NCBI GenBank assembly: GCA_964518155.1
Contig: CAZFDH010000016.1
Span: 1 to 16,390 of the forward strand
Direction of reading: 5' to 3'
DNA length: 16,390 bases
DNA from: Candidatus Woesearchaeota archaeon
GTDB taxonomy: Archaea > Nanobdellota > Nanobdellia > Pacearchaeales > GW2011-AR1
Shown here: positions 1-8,788 of the stretch, piece after piece
Layout: each line of letters opens with the position of its first letter
Numbering within the stretch: position 1 is the first letter of the stretch
Position numbers and translations under genes: made by a program
The notes under the pieces: generated by a model
What the model was told of the DNA's origin: nothing
Databases searched by the model: none
The model's input: only the letters and a program-made list of their open reading frames with translations

Positions 1-299
1 GAACTCCTGAAGCGATAGCATCAGACGTTCAACTTTCTGAAAAAAAGAAAGACGAACCGTTTTTTACTGGAGATGTTTATAATTATTATCAGGATTTGTG
101 CGTTCGAAACAAAGTAGATGTTTTAACACAAAGAAGAGTCTCAGACATTATTCAAGAATTTGACATGTTAGGCATAATCAATGTTACAGTTATTTCTAAA
201 GGAAGAGGAGGACGAATGAGGGAGATTAAACTAGCCATTTCTAGAACAATAATAGATAAAGCTAAAGAGATAATTCAAGAATCTCTCGCTCATTTATAA
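1..299 (+). CDS. cdc6: Orc1/Cdc6 replication initiator, C-terminal winged-helix part (5' end lies upstream of the window)
   Basis: Frame 3 is open from nt 3 (TPEAIASDVQLSEKKKDEPFFTGDVYNYYQDLCVRNKVDVLTQRRVSDIIQEFDMLGIINVTVISKGRGGRMREIKL...). The LTQRRVSD..E.DMLGII...SKGRGGR.REI pattern is the classic Cdc6 C-terminal winged helix. The TTG start at 96 in the ORF track is a truncation artefact. Stop TAA 297-299 overlaps the next ATG (299-301) by 1 nt. Confidence 0.8.
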   Translation, partial: TPEAIASDVQLSEKKKDEPFFTGDVYNYYQDLCVRNKVDVLTQRRVSDIIQEFDMLGIINVTVISKGRGGRMREIKLAISRTIIDKAKEIIQESLAHL

Positions 300-1858
300 T
301 GGAATCAAATGAAATCCTCAATTTTTGCATAAAGAATGGTTTATTAGTTGATAAGGAAGTTTTAAGATTATTTGATGAAATTGAAGACAAAGAATCAGTT
401 AAACTTATTATTGAAAAACTAAAGAATTCCACTAATAAAAGGGTTTTGACTAAAAGTATTTTTTATGAAAATAAAGATCAAGTTAACCGCTTTCTTAACG
501 ATTTACCTAAAGAAAGTCAAGTTAAGCTTGAAACTCTTAAAATTAAATTAGGACTAAGTATAGAAATTTCAAAAGAGGTTTCTCAACCAATGGTTTCTTA
601 TAGTGAAGAAGAGGAAGAGGTTAAAATAATCTCTATGTATCCTGCTTTGAGTAAAAAACTAGAAGTAGGAGATTTTGTAAAGTATTTTAGAAGTAGATTT
701 ACTGAACTAAGGAACATTCTTCAAGATCATTCTGAACTTAATAATTTAGTTTCTTTAAATAAAATTTCAGGAAATAAACAAGGAATTTCTGTGATAGGAT
801 TGGTTTTAGACAAAAGAGTAACAAAAAATAAAAATATTATTTTAGATATAGAAGATTTAACTGGTAAAACTAAAGCCTTAATTAGTGCAAATAAAGCAGA
901 ACTTTTGGAAAAGGCTGAAGAGATTTCATTGGACTCTGTTATAGGACTTAAATGCTCTGGAAGTAAGGACATTCTTTTTGTAAATGATATTATCTTTCCG
1001 GAATCGCTTCTGCAGGAAAGGAAAAGATCGCCCCATGAAGAATATGCACTATTTATTGGCGATTTACACATTGGAAGTAAATTATTTTTAGAAAAGAGTT
1101 TCCTGAAATTTATTGATTATTTAAATGGCAAATTTCCAAATACGCCTGAAGTGAGTAAAATAAAGTATCTTTTTGTTGGAGGAGATATTGTAGCCGGAGT
1201 GGGAATTTATCCAGGACAAGAAAAAGAATTAGCAATTCAAGATGTTGAAGAACAATACGGCCGAGCGGCGGAATTATTTAGTAAAATAAGGAGTGATATA
1301 AAAATAATCATGTGTCCTGGAAATCACGATGCGCTTAGAATTATGGAACCTCAGCCACTTTTAGATGAAAAATATGCTTGGCCGTTATATAATTTAAAAA
1401 ATTTGATGATGGTGGCAAATCCTAATTTGGTTAATATTGGCGCGAAAAGTGGTTTTGGAGGGTTTAATGTTTTAACTTATCATGGGTATTCCTATCATTT
1501 TTATGCAAATACTATTCCTCGCTTAATGAAGGAAAAGGCAGTTCATAAACCAGATAAAATTATGCATTATCTTTTGAAAAATCGTCATCTTGCTCCGACG
1601 CATTCATCCACACTTTATTTTCCATCTGAAGAAGATCCTCTTTTGATTAAAACTGTTCCAGATATTTTTGTGTCCGGCCACACTCATAAAAGCGCGGTTT
1701 CATATTATAATAATGTTTTAGTTATTTCCGGATCATGCTGGGAAAGTAAAACTCCTTTCCAAGAAAAAATGGGAAATGAACCAGATTTTTGTAAAGTTCC
1801 AATGTTTAATTTGAAAACACGAGCAGTTAAGATTATGAAGAAGAGAATTGGAAGGTAA
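299..1858 (+). CDS. polB: DNA polymerase II (PolD) small subunit DP1, with a calcineurin-like phosphoesterase/exonuclease fold
   Basis: 519 aa. The phosphodiesterase motifs occur in order: GDLHIGS, GGDIVAG, GNHD, YHG, GHTH. It is translationally coupled to orc1 upstream and sits 4 nt before DP2, the conserved archaeal arrangement. Confidence 0.93.
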   Translation: MESNEILNFCIKNGLLVDKEVLRLFDEIEDKESVKLIIEKLKNSTNKRVLTKSIFYENKDQVNRFLNDLPKESQVKLETLKIKLGLSIEISKEVSQPMVSYSEEEEEVKIISMYPALSKKLEVGDFVKYFRSRFTELRNILQDHSELNNLVSLNKISGNKQGISVIGLVLDKRVTKNKNIILDIEDLTGKTKALISANKAELLEKAEEISLDSVIGLKCSGSKDILFVNDIIFPESLLQERKRSPHEEYALFIGDLHIGSKLFLEKSFLKFIDYLNGKFPNTPEVSKIKYLFVGGDIVAGVGIYPGQEKELAIQDVEEQYGRAAELFSKIRSDIKIIMCPGNHDALRIMEPQPLLDEKYAWPLYNLKNLMMVANPNLVNIGAKSGFGGFNVLTYHGYSYHFYANTIPRLMKEKAVHKPDKIMHYLLKNRHLAPTHSSTLYFPSEEDPLLIKTVPDIFVSGHTHKSAVSYYNNVLVISGSCWESKTPFQEKMGNEPDFCKVPMFNLKTRAVKIMKKRIGR

Positions 1859-1862
1859 AATA

Positions 1863-4800
1863 ATGGAAACTCAAGAATATTTTAAGAAACTAGAGAAAGG
1901 AGTAAGGGAAGCTTATGTTGTTGCAGAACAAGCAAGAGCAAAAGGACTTGACCCTGTGGATAAAGTTGAAATTCCTTTGGCAATGAGTATGGCTGAAAAA
2001 TGTGTCGGACTAATTAGTACAATTTATCCTCAGATGATGGGCTGCGGAATTTCTGATAGAATTTTAGCTTTGGAAAAAGAGCATGGTAAACTTGATCCGG
2101 CAGTGTGTTTACAAATCGCTGAAGAGGTTGCCAAACAAAAGTTTTGTAAATTTGCATCGCTGATGGAAGCAATCGATGCTGGTGCTAGATTAGGTTTTGC
2201 ATATATTACTTTAGGTGTTGTTTCTAGTCCAATTGAAGGATTGACTGAAATTAAAATTATGAAGACTAAAGAAGGAAAAGATTATTTTTCTCCTTGGTAT
2301 GCTGGTCCAGTAAGAAGTGCCGGAGGAACGGGGGCGGCTTTCTCATTAGTTATTGTCGATCATCTAAGAGAAATTTTTGGCTACGCAAAATATGATCCTA
2401 CAGAAGATGAAATTAAAAGAACTATTACCGAACTTAGAGATTATCATGAAAGAGTTACTAATCTACAATATTTTCCTTTAGAACAAGAAGCAGAATTTAT
2501 TGCAAGACATATACCTTTACAAGTTAATGGCGATCCATCGGAAAAATTAGAGGTATCTAATTATAAAAATCTGGAGAGGATCGAAACAAATAATATTCGA
2601 AGTGGTGTTTGTTTGACTTTGGCGGAGGGGTTAGCACAAAAAGCACCGAAAATAAAAAGATATGTTAAAGCTTTAAGAGAAAAAGGATATAAGCTTAGTG
2701 ATTGGGATTTTTTGGACGAATATGTTGAACTTCATGAGAAGCTAACCTCCTCAAAAACTAAGTCGAAAGATTCTGAAAGTGTTCCTACATATATGAAGGA
2801 TTTAGTTGCTGGCCGTCCGGTTTTTGGTCATCCTTCTAGATCTGGGGCATTCAGATTTAGATATGGTAGAGGAAGAGTCTCTGGATTTTCTGCAGCTTCA
2901 CTTCATCCAGCAACTATGGCAATCAGCGACGATTTTATTGCGACGGGTACACAACTAAAAATCGAAAAACCAACTAAAGGATGTGTTATAACCGCATGCG
3001 ATTTAATAGAGGGACCAATAGTAAAATTATTTAATGGAAGTGTAAAACAAATAAAAACAAGAGAAGAAGCCAAAAAAATCTATCCTGATGTTGAAGAAAT
3101 AATTTATATGGGAGATATTTTATTCCCCTTTAGTGATCTTGCTAACAGAAACTCTACATTAATCAAACCTGGATATGTTGAAGAATGGTGGTATCTAGAC
3201 TTGAATGAGAAAATAGAACAAAAACTAAATTATTACGATCTTAGTATTGACGAAGCGATTAAATTTTCGCAAGAATATGAAATTCCCCTTTATCCAAAGT
3301 ATATTTTTTATTGGACTCAAATTAGTTTAGATGAATTTAAAGAATTAGTTAATTGGTTGAGAAAATCTTATATTCGAGGGAAAAAAATTGTTTTGCCTTA
3401 TGGGAAGAAAGATCAAGATAAATTTGAAAAAGCAAAAAGAGCACTTGAGCTTTTAGGAGTTGAACATGAAGTTACAATTGAAAATGTTGTTCTGAGTGAG
3501 AAAAAAACTAAAGCCTTATTCTTGAATTTAGGAATTGATTTGTTTTTGATTGAAAAAGAAAATCTTCTTTTAGGAGAAGCTTGGAGCGAGTTTGAGATTG
3601 ATGAAAATAAAACTGTTCTTGAGATTGTAAATGATTTATCTAAATTTAAAATTAAAGATAAAGCAGGAGATTTTATTGGAACAAGAATGGGTCGGCCTGA
3701 AAAAGCAAAACTAAGAAAATTAACTGGTAGTCCAAACGTTTTGTTTTCGGTGGGAAATGAAGGTGGAAGATTAAGAAGTGTTCTTGAAGCGTGTAATGTC
3801 GGGAAAGTTCGTAGTTCTTTTCCTTTATTTTACTGTGAAAAATGTAATAAAGAAACAATTTATTCTTCTTGTGAAAAATGCGGAAGTAAATGCTCAAAAA
3901 GATATTATTATCGTTCAACGGGAGAAAAAAGTAATCAAAAACAAATTGGTGAAGAACACGGCTCATTTACTTTTACTTATGATTTAGATACTAAATATTA
4001 TTTGGAAGAGGCCTTGAATAGGATTGGGATGAAGAAGGAGGAATTGCCGACGCTAATTAAAGGGGTTAGAGGTATGAGTTCAGATAAAAAAATTCCTGAA
4101 AATTTAGCTAAAGGAATTTTGAGGGCAAAGCATGAACTACAAGTAAATAAAGATGGAACTATCAGATTTGACGCGACAGAACTTCCAATAGTCTCATTTA
4201 AACCAAAAGAAATTTTAGTTAGTGTTGAAAAATTAAAAGAAATCGGCTACACTCATGATGTTTATGGAGAAGAATTAACTAGAGATGATCAAATTTTAGA
4301 ACTAATGCCTCATGATGTTTTACTTCCTGCATCATATGAAAGTCCTGATGAAAGAGCAGATGCAGTATTCATTCGGGTTGCAAATTTCATCGACGATCTT
4401 TTACTCCGATTTTATGGAATTAATCCAATACATAATATTAAAACTAAAGAAGATCTCGTGGGAGTTTTAGGTGTTTGTATGGCCCCCCATAATTGTGCAG
4501 GAGTAATTTGTAGGTTTATTGGTTTTTCAAATACTCAAGGTCTTTTAGCAAGTCCGTACATGCATGCAGCAATTAGAAGAGATTGTGATGGTGATGAAGC
4601 AGCAGTAATGCTTTTATCTGATGTTTTGATAAATTTCTCGAGAGAATTTCTACCTAGTCACAGAGGGGGAACACAAGATGCACCCTTAGTTTTGAATGCT
4701 AAAATTGATGCGGGAGAAGTGGATGATCAGATTTTAGATTTTGAAATGGTTTATAGTTATCCTATTGAACTTTATCGTCTTGCGGAGGAGAGAAAACATT

Positions 4801-5333
4801 CTTCTGAAATCAAAATGAAAATTGTTAAGAGGGTTTTGAAAGAAGGAGGGAATCCTTTTGTGGGAATAGGTTTCACTCATGATACAACTAATTTTAATGA
4901 TGGTGTTGTTTGCAGCTCTTATAAAAAGTTAGCGACGATGCAAGAAAAAGTTCAACATCAAATGGAGCTTGTAGAGAAGATTAGAGCGGTTGACACTGCA
5001 GATACTGCTCGATTGATAATAGAAAGGCATTTCATAAGAGATATGAGAGGTAACTTGAGAAAGTTTTCTATGCAAGGATTTAGGTGTGTTGCTTGTAATG
5101 AATCGATTCGAAGACCACCTCTGACAGGGGTTTGTCCTGTGTGTGGAGGAAAAATCATTTTCACAATTCATGAAGGGGGAATAAAAAAATATCTTGAACC
5201 GACGCTAGATTTGATAAATAAATATAATTTGTCTCCTTACATAAAACAAAGTATCGAGATTACTAAACGTTATATTGATTCGGTTTTCGGAAAAGAACTA
5301 GAAAAACAAGAGGGATTGCAAAAGTGGTTTTAA
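1863..5333 (+). CDS. polC: DNA polymerase II (PolD) large catalytic subunit DP2
   Basis: About 1156 aa from ATG 1863; GGAAGG lies just upstream, and the TTG at 1848 in the ORF track overlaps the DP1 stop. It has the catalytic double-psi beta-barrel acidic motif RRDCDGDEAAV and Cys4 zinc modules CEKCNKETIYSSCEKCGSKC and CVACNE...CPVCGGK. The length fits an intein-free DP2. Confidence 0.95.
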   Translation: METQEYFKKLEKGVREAYVVAEQARAKGLDPVDKVEIPLAMSMAEKCVGLISTIYPQMMGCGISDRILALEKEHGKLDPAVCLQIAEEVAKQKFCKFASLMEAIDAGARLGFAYITLGVVSSPIEGLTEIKIMKTKEGKDYFSPWYAGPVRSAGGTGAAFSLVIVDHLREIFGYAKYDPTEDEIKRTITELRDYHERVTNLQYFPLEQEAEFIARHIPLQVNGDPSEKLEVSNYKNLERIETNNIRSGVCLTLAEGLAQKAPKIKRYVKALREKGYKLSDWDFLDEYVELHEKLTSSKTKSKDSESVPTYMKDLVAGRPVFGHPSRSGAFRFRYGRGRVSGFSAASLHPATMAISDDFIATGTQLKIEKPTKGCVITACDLIEGPIVKLFNGSVKQIKTREEAKKIYPDVEEIIYMGDILFPFSDLANRNSTLIKPGYVEEWWYLDLNEKIEQKLNYYDLSIDEAIKFSQEYEIPLYPKYIFYWTQISLDEFKELVNWLRKSYIRGKKIVLPYGKKDQDKFEKAKRALELLGVEHEVTIENVVLSEKKTKALFLNLGIDLFLIEKENLLLGEAWSEFEIDENKTVLEIVNDLSKFKIKDKAGDFIGTRMGRPEKAKLRKLTGSPNVLFSVGNEGGRLRSVLEACNVGKVRSSFPLFYCEKCNKETIYSSCEKCGSKCSKRYYYRSTGEKSNQKQIGEEHGSFTFTYDLDTKYYLEEALNRIGMKKEELPTLIKGVRGMSSDKKIPENLAKGILRAKHELQVNKDGTIRFDATELPIVSFKPKEILVSVEKLKEIGYTHDVYGEELTRDDQILELMPHDVLLPASYESPDERADAVFIRVANFIDDLLLRFYGINPIHNIKTKEDLVGVLGVCMAPHNCAGVICRFIGFSNTQGLLASPYMHAAIRRDCDGDEAAVMLLSDVLINFSREFLPSHRGGTQDAPLVLNAKIDAGEVDDQILDFEMVYSYPIELYRLAEERKHSSEIKMKIVKRVLKEGGNPFVGIGFTHDTTNFNDGVVCSSYKKLATMQEKVQHQMELVEKIRAVDTADTARLIIERHFIRDMRGNLRKFSMQGFRCVACNESIRRPPLTGVCPVCGGKIIFTIHEGGIKKYLEPTLDLINKYNLSPYIKQSIEITKRYIDSVFGKELEKQEGLQKWF

Positions 5334-5515
5334 TCCCAGATGAAATGATTTATTGCGGCTTCTATTGATCTTAATCTCGCTCTACGATGTTCATCAAGAG
5401 CGGGGCGAGCTTTATCTAATAAATCTTCATAAAATCTGTGATACTGTTCGGTCGTCATAAAAACTTGAGGTTCAACACCATTTGATAGACGAATTTTATA
5501 CTCGGGTGGACTCAT
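5330..5515 (-). CDS. Small hypothetical protein (61 aa), paralog B of a tandem pair
   Basis: ATG-initiated ORF. It shares a C-terminal block with the neighbouring ORF (RPALDEHRRARLRSIEAA..HF versus RPELDRLREAALRSEEAS..HF). No Cys or His clusters and no family I recognise. Its stop overlaps the DP2 stop in the sequence TTTAA (convergent). Confidence 0.55.
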   Translation of the reverse strand: MSPPEYKIRLSNGVEPQVFMTTEQYHRFYEDLLDKARPALDEHRRARLRSIEAAINHFIWD

Positions 5516-5555
5516 AATTTCTTAAATAAAGAATGATTTAAATTAGTTTTGGTTT

Positions 5556-5741
5556 TTAATATACAAAATGATAGTGTGATGCTTCTTCTGATCTTAATGC
5601 AGCTTCTCTTAATCTATCTAGTTCTGGACGAATCCTTTCTGAGAATTCTCTTTGAAACTCTCTTGTTTCTTCCGGAGTAAATACTTTATATGGCTGAGGA
5701 CTCCCTTCAGGAAGAATTTTGAGTCCTTTTTTATATTTCAT
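5556..5741 (-). CDS. Small hypothetical protein (61 aa), paralog A of a tandem pair
   Basis: Same length and strand as 5330..5515, separated by a 40-bp AT-rich spacer. The helix-rich C-terminal block (F..EF.E.IRPELDRLREAALRSEEA) is conserved between the two. That conservation argues both are real genes. Confidence 0.55.
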   Translation of the reverse strand: MKYKKGLKILPEGSPQPYKVFTPEETREFQREFSERIRPELDRLREAALRSEEASHYHFVY

Positions 5742-5828
5742 GATTGAAATAATTTTTATAGCTATTTAATTATTTGTGTTTTTTGGAGTAAACATAAATC
5801 TTAAAAGGGTTGTGTTTTTAGGCCTGAA

Positions 5829-6860
5829 ATGGGACGAGAGATTATTATTTATGGGCGAGTGCAGGGAGTTGGATTTAGAAACAGGATTAAGGAATTTTGT
5901 TTGGAGAATCACTTGAAAGGTTTTGTGAGAAATTTATCTGATGGGAGTGTTTATGTTTATTTGGACGCTAAAGAAAAAGAAGTTGAATTATTCTTGAACT
6001 GGATTAAAGAAATAAAAGGGTTTGTTAAAATAAACAATTTTGAACTGAGAGAAAAAAATTTTAAGTCAGAAGGATTTATTGTAAAAAAAGACAAAGGATT
6101 TTTGCGGGATAAACTTGAAAGCGAGATTAATTTATTAAGGTATTTTTTTGGCCTATCTTTTCCGCGAAATTATTTAAGAAAAATTCCTCAACATGTTGTA
6201 ATAATTCCTGATGGAAACCGTAGATGGGCTAAGAGAAGAGGGATGAATGAAAGTGAAGGGCACAAAAAATCTGCACAGTTTGGAAATGTAAAATCTTTAC
6301 TAAAAGAATGTAGTGACTTGGGTGTAAAAAGCTTTTCAATTTGGGGTTTTTCGACGGAAAACTGGAAAAGAAGTGAAGAAGAAAAGAAAATTCTTTTTGA
6401 TTTGATTTATTCTACTTTAGAAAAATTCCATAAAGAAATTAGTAAAAATAAAATCCGGTTCAGACATTTTGGCAGGAAAGATAGACTTCCGTCTAAGCTA
6501 GTTGAACTAATAAAGAAACTTGAAAAAGAAAGTGCAAAAAATAATGAGTTTAATTTTAATCTTCTTTTAGATTATGGGGGAAGAGATGAAATAATTAGGT
6601 CGATCGAAAAACTTTTGAATGCCAAAAAGAAAAAAATTAGTGAAGAAGAATTTTCTAAATATTTGGATAGTTATGGGGTTGAAGACCCTGATTTAATCAT
6701 AAGAACTTCTGGAGAAAAAAGAATCTCGGGGCTCATGCCTTGGCAAACAGTTTATTCTGAACTTTACTTCTGTGATAAATTTTTCCCTTCATTTAACAAA
6801 AATGATTTAAGAAAAGCAGTTTTTGAATACGACGGACGAGAAAGAAGACTTGGAAAATAA
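5829..6860 (+). CDS. uppS: Fusion protein: N-terminal acylphosphatase domain plus C-terminal cis-prenyltransferase (undecaprenyl/di-trans,poly-cis-polyprenyl diphosphate synthase, UppS family)
   Basis: Residues 1 to about 90, IIIYGRVQGVGFRNRIKEFCLENHLKGFVRNLSDGSVYVYLDA..., match the acylphosphatase signatures (V.G.VQGVGFR and G.V.N..DGSV). Residues from about 120 carry the UppS motifs HVVIIPDGNRRWAKRRG, FSTENWKRS and IIRTSGEKRISGLMPWQTVYSELYF. It is one uninterrupted 343-codon frame. Confidence 0.85.
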   Translation: MGREIIIYGRVQGVGFRNRIKEFCLENHLKGFVRNLSDGSVYVYLDAKEKEVELFLNWIKEIKGFVKINNFELREKNFKSEGFIVKKDKGFLRDKLESEINLLRYFFGLSFPRNYLRKIPQHVVIIPDGNRRWAKRRGMNESEGHKKSAQFGNVKSLLKECSDLGVKSFSIWGFSTENWKRSEEEKKILFDLIYSTLEKFHKEISKNKIRFRHFGRKDRLPSKLVELIKKLEKESAKNNEFNFNLLLDYGGRDEIIRSIEKLLNAKKKKISEEEFSKYLDSYGVEDPDLIIRTSGEKRISGLMPWQTVYSELYFCDKFFPSFNKNDLRKAVFEYDGRERRLGK

Positions 6861-8048
6861 TTATAGTGTGAGATAAAAAATAATCGTAGGTAATAGAAGA
6901 CATCCCATCATATTTGTTCTTTTTACTTTTGAAGTTATAGAGTAAATCCCGGTAAAGGTTGAGATTATGAGGACTAAGATCCCGATAATTCCTGAAACTA
7001 ATAGAGTAATTAAGAATATCACAAATAATGTTGTAAATGAAATCTTTGTATAATTAATTTTACTAATGTTTATTGAAAAAAATTTTGCCAGAATTGAAGT
7101 TAGAAAAAAAGAGATTACCCCGGTTATTAAAACCGCAGTTAAAATTAAAATCAAAGTCGGGAAGTTTAATTCTCCTACTAATTCCTGGATTGCAACTGCT
7201 GCACCTGTTCGCGTTTTCGAAATAAGGAAAAGTGAAAGGAAGGAAAAACCCATCACAATTGTGTTAGTTATTCCGAGCAAAACTAAAAATTCTTCTTTGT
7301 CGTTTTTTACGAGCGTGTTTCCTATAACTGCTGCTTGACCTGAACCAAGGCCAGGAAGAAAACCACACAAAGGAGAAGCAATTAAAGAACTGATTATAGG
7401 TTTCTTCAGTTTGAGTGAAGGAGGGGTGATTATTTGAGGAGGAATTTTAGTTTTTTCTTTTATACTTAGGATTATTCCGGAAGCTCCGAACAAACCAGTA
7501 AGCAAAGGCAAAAGCGGCTCGTTTATTTGAATGTTTAGAACGATCAAACCAAGAACTCCGGTCAATGAAAATACTATTAAAGCTTGAAATTTGTTTTGCT
7601 CGGTGAGGATTAAGATTAGAGAAGTTGCAATCAAAATATATCCAATGAAAGGAGTTATATTCTGATAAATTTTTGGAAAGAAAACTATAGAGACGGGTGA
7701 CAAAACGACTAAAAGAAAAATTGAAATTAAACTTCCGTAATTGGTAAACATTATTGCTTCATATGCGCGACCTTCTTTTAGAAGAGAATGGCCTGGAAGG
7801 GTTGAAAGTTCGGTGTCTGTGTCAGGCGCACCCAGAAGAATTGAAGGAATAAAGTCGATGAAAGTATGAGTTATTGCCATCGATGAAATTAAGACGACGA
7901 GATAAATTGGATTTAGTTTTGAGAGAAATGCTACGGATGAAGAAACTAAAAAAACTCCTACAAGGTTTGTATGTATTCCCGGAGTTAGGCCTGTAAAGAC
8001 CCCGGCGGTCACACCGCAGACCAAAGCGATGAAAAGCTCAAATATCAT
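6861..8048 (-). CDS. Polytopic membrane protein, probably TctA/DUF112-family (COG1784-like) transporter subunit
   Basis: 395 aa and almost entirely hydrophobic, with roughly 10 or more predicted TM segments. It has two G(L/F)xPG motifs (FTGLTPGIHTN and CGFLPGLGSGQAAV) reminiscent of TctA-family repeats. The family assignment comes from memory of the motif, not from a search. Confidence 0.6.
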   Translation of the reverse strand: MIFELFIALVCGVTAGVFTGLTPGIHTNLVGVFLVSSSVAFLSKLNPIYLVVLISSMAITHTFIDFIPSILLGAPDTDTELSTLPGHSLLKEGRAYEAIMFTNYGSLISIFLLVVLSPVSIVFFPKIYQNITPFIGYILIATSLILILTEQNKFQALIVFSLTGVLGLIVLNIQINEPLLPLLTGLFGASGIILSIKEKTKIPPQIITPPSLKLKKPIISSLIASPLCGFLPGLGSGQAAVIGNTLVKNDKEEFLVLLGITNTIVMGFSFLSLFLISKTRTGAAVAIQELVGELNFPTLILILTAVLITGVISFFLTSILAKFFSINISKINYTKISFTTLFVIFLITLLVSGIIGILVLIISTFTGIYSITSKVKRTNMMGCLLLPTIIFYLTL

Positions 8049-8210
8049 CGCTATACGCCTTATTCTCCCCTTTCTAAGTTATTGAAATGATTTAAACCTT
8101 TTTGTGAGTGTGGTTTAATATACTCTTTTTCCATTTTGCTTATCTCTCTTTGTTTTTCCGTCGCTGTTGTTTACTATTCTGGAAAGTTTTTTTGTGTAAT
8201 TTTATTGGGT

Positions 8211-8654
8211 TTAGGATTCATTGGACGTCTTGACTTGTTTTTTATCTATTTTGATGACTGGAAATTTGAGGCTCCCCCAAGAGATTGTAATTTCTTGTGG
8301 TTCTTGTGAAGAAGTTATCATGACTGGTCGTCCCTTTACCCTTTCTTTTTTTTCTAGTTTGATTAATCCCGCTTCTTCTAATACTTTCAGATGAAACAAA
8401 AAAGATTTGTAATCTAATTGATTTTTTTTAGAGCGCTTCTTATTTATATCTTCTTGAAGTTTCGAGATATTAATTTCCTTTTCTTCATTCTTCACTATGT
8501 AGCATAATATATCTAATCTCAAATCATTTGCTAAAAGTTTTAACAATATACGTCCCTCTTCCTCTGTCGATTCACCCGCAATTCCTATTGATACCTTCCT
8601 CTGAATACTAAATTTAATCTTTTTCAATCGTTCTCTCCAATTTTCTCTCGGCAT
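8211..8654 (-). CDS. Winged-helix (ArsR/PadR-like) DNA-binding protein
   Basis: 147 aa. The core LRLDILCYIVKNEEKEINISKLQEDI...FLFHLKVLEEAGLIKLEKKERVKGRP has the helix-turn-helix plus wing layout of ArsR-type regulators. It is transcribed divergently from the RHH operon. Confidence 0.6.
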   Translation of the reverse strand: MPRENWRERLKKIKFSIQRKVSIGIAGESTEEEGRILLKLLANDLRLDILCYIVKNEEKEINISKLQEDINKKRSKKNQLDYKSFLFHLKVLEEAGLIKLEKKERVKGRPVMITSSQEPQEITISWGSLKFPVIKIDKKQVKTSNES

Positions 8655-8668
8655 TATAAGAAATAAAG

Positions 8669-8728
8669 TCCCTTAATAGTTATAAATCTATCGAAATATT
8701 CTTTATGGGAATTGACTTCCCTTAATAG
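8669..8728. promoter_or_regulatory. Two direct copies of TCCCTTAATAG (8669-8679 and 8718-8728) in the divergent ArsR-like / RHH promoter region
   Basis: Exact 11-bp direct repeat, 49 bp start to start, inside the 134-bp intergenic region 8655-8788, which also has several TATA-like tracts (TATAAAT, TTTATATATA). This is a candidate operator or recombinase half-site. A third copy, GTCCCTTAAT, lies at 11157-11166. Confidence 0.35.
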
Positions 8729-8788
8729 AAAGATTTATATATACTAATTACTCTAAATATATTATAGGAGTTTAATTCATATAATAAA

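Noticed and set aside
727-1071. 114-aa ORF on the minus strand inside the DP1 gene
   Set aside because: It is fully antisense to a motif-rich, confidently identified gene. Its composition is low-complexity and Ser/Leu/Ile/Phe-rich, typical of shadow frames in AT-rich DNA.
3673-3987. Overlapping 97-aa (-) and 69-aa (+, out-of-frame) ORFs inside DP2
   Set aside because: Both lie within the DP2 zinc-finger region. Their translations are low-complexity (F/L/I/K-rich) with no motifs. They are shadow ORFs.
4929-5171. Two antisense ORFs (80 and 68 aa) near the DP2 C-terminus
   Set aside because: They are antisense to the conserved C-terminal Zn-finger region of DP2 and overlap each other. Nothing independent supports them.
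1863-5333. Possible intein in the DP2 gene
   Set aside because: The protein length is in the normal intein-free range. The catalytic and zinc-finger regions read through without an inserted block carrying intein splice motifs.
7066-7338. 90-aa + strand ORF inside the membrane-protein gene
   Set aside because: It is antisense to a long, coherent polytopic membrane ORF. The Lys/Ile-rich translation is what the reverse strand of a hydrophobic gene would give.
8049-8135. 24-codon minus-strand mini-ORF (MEKEYIKPHSQKGLNHFNNLERGE) just upstream of the membrane-protein gene
   Set aside because: It is very short, has no recognisable ribosome-binding context or motif, and lies in a region more simply explained as the promoter/5' region of the 6861..8048 gene.
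8341-8430. T8 homopolymer tracts inside the ArsR-like gene (and A/T7 runs in mod) as possible phase-variation switches
   Set aside because: Runs of 7-8 A/T are expected in Lys/Phe-rich coding sequence at this base composition. There is no evidence of frame disruption.
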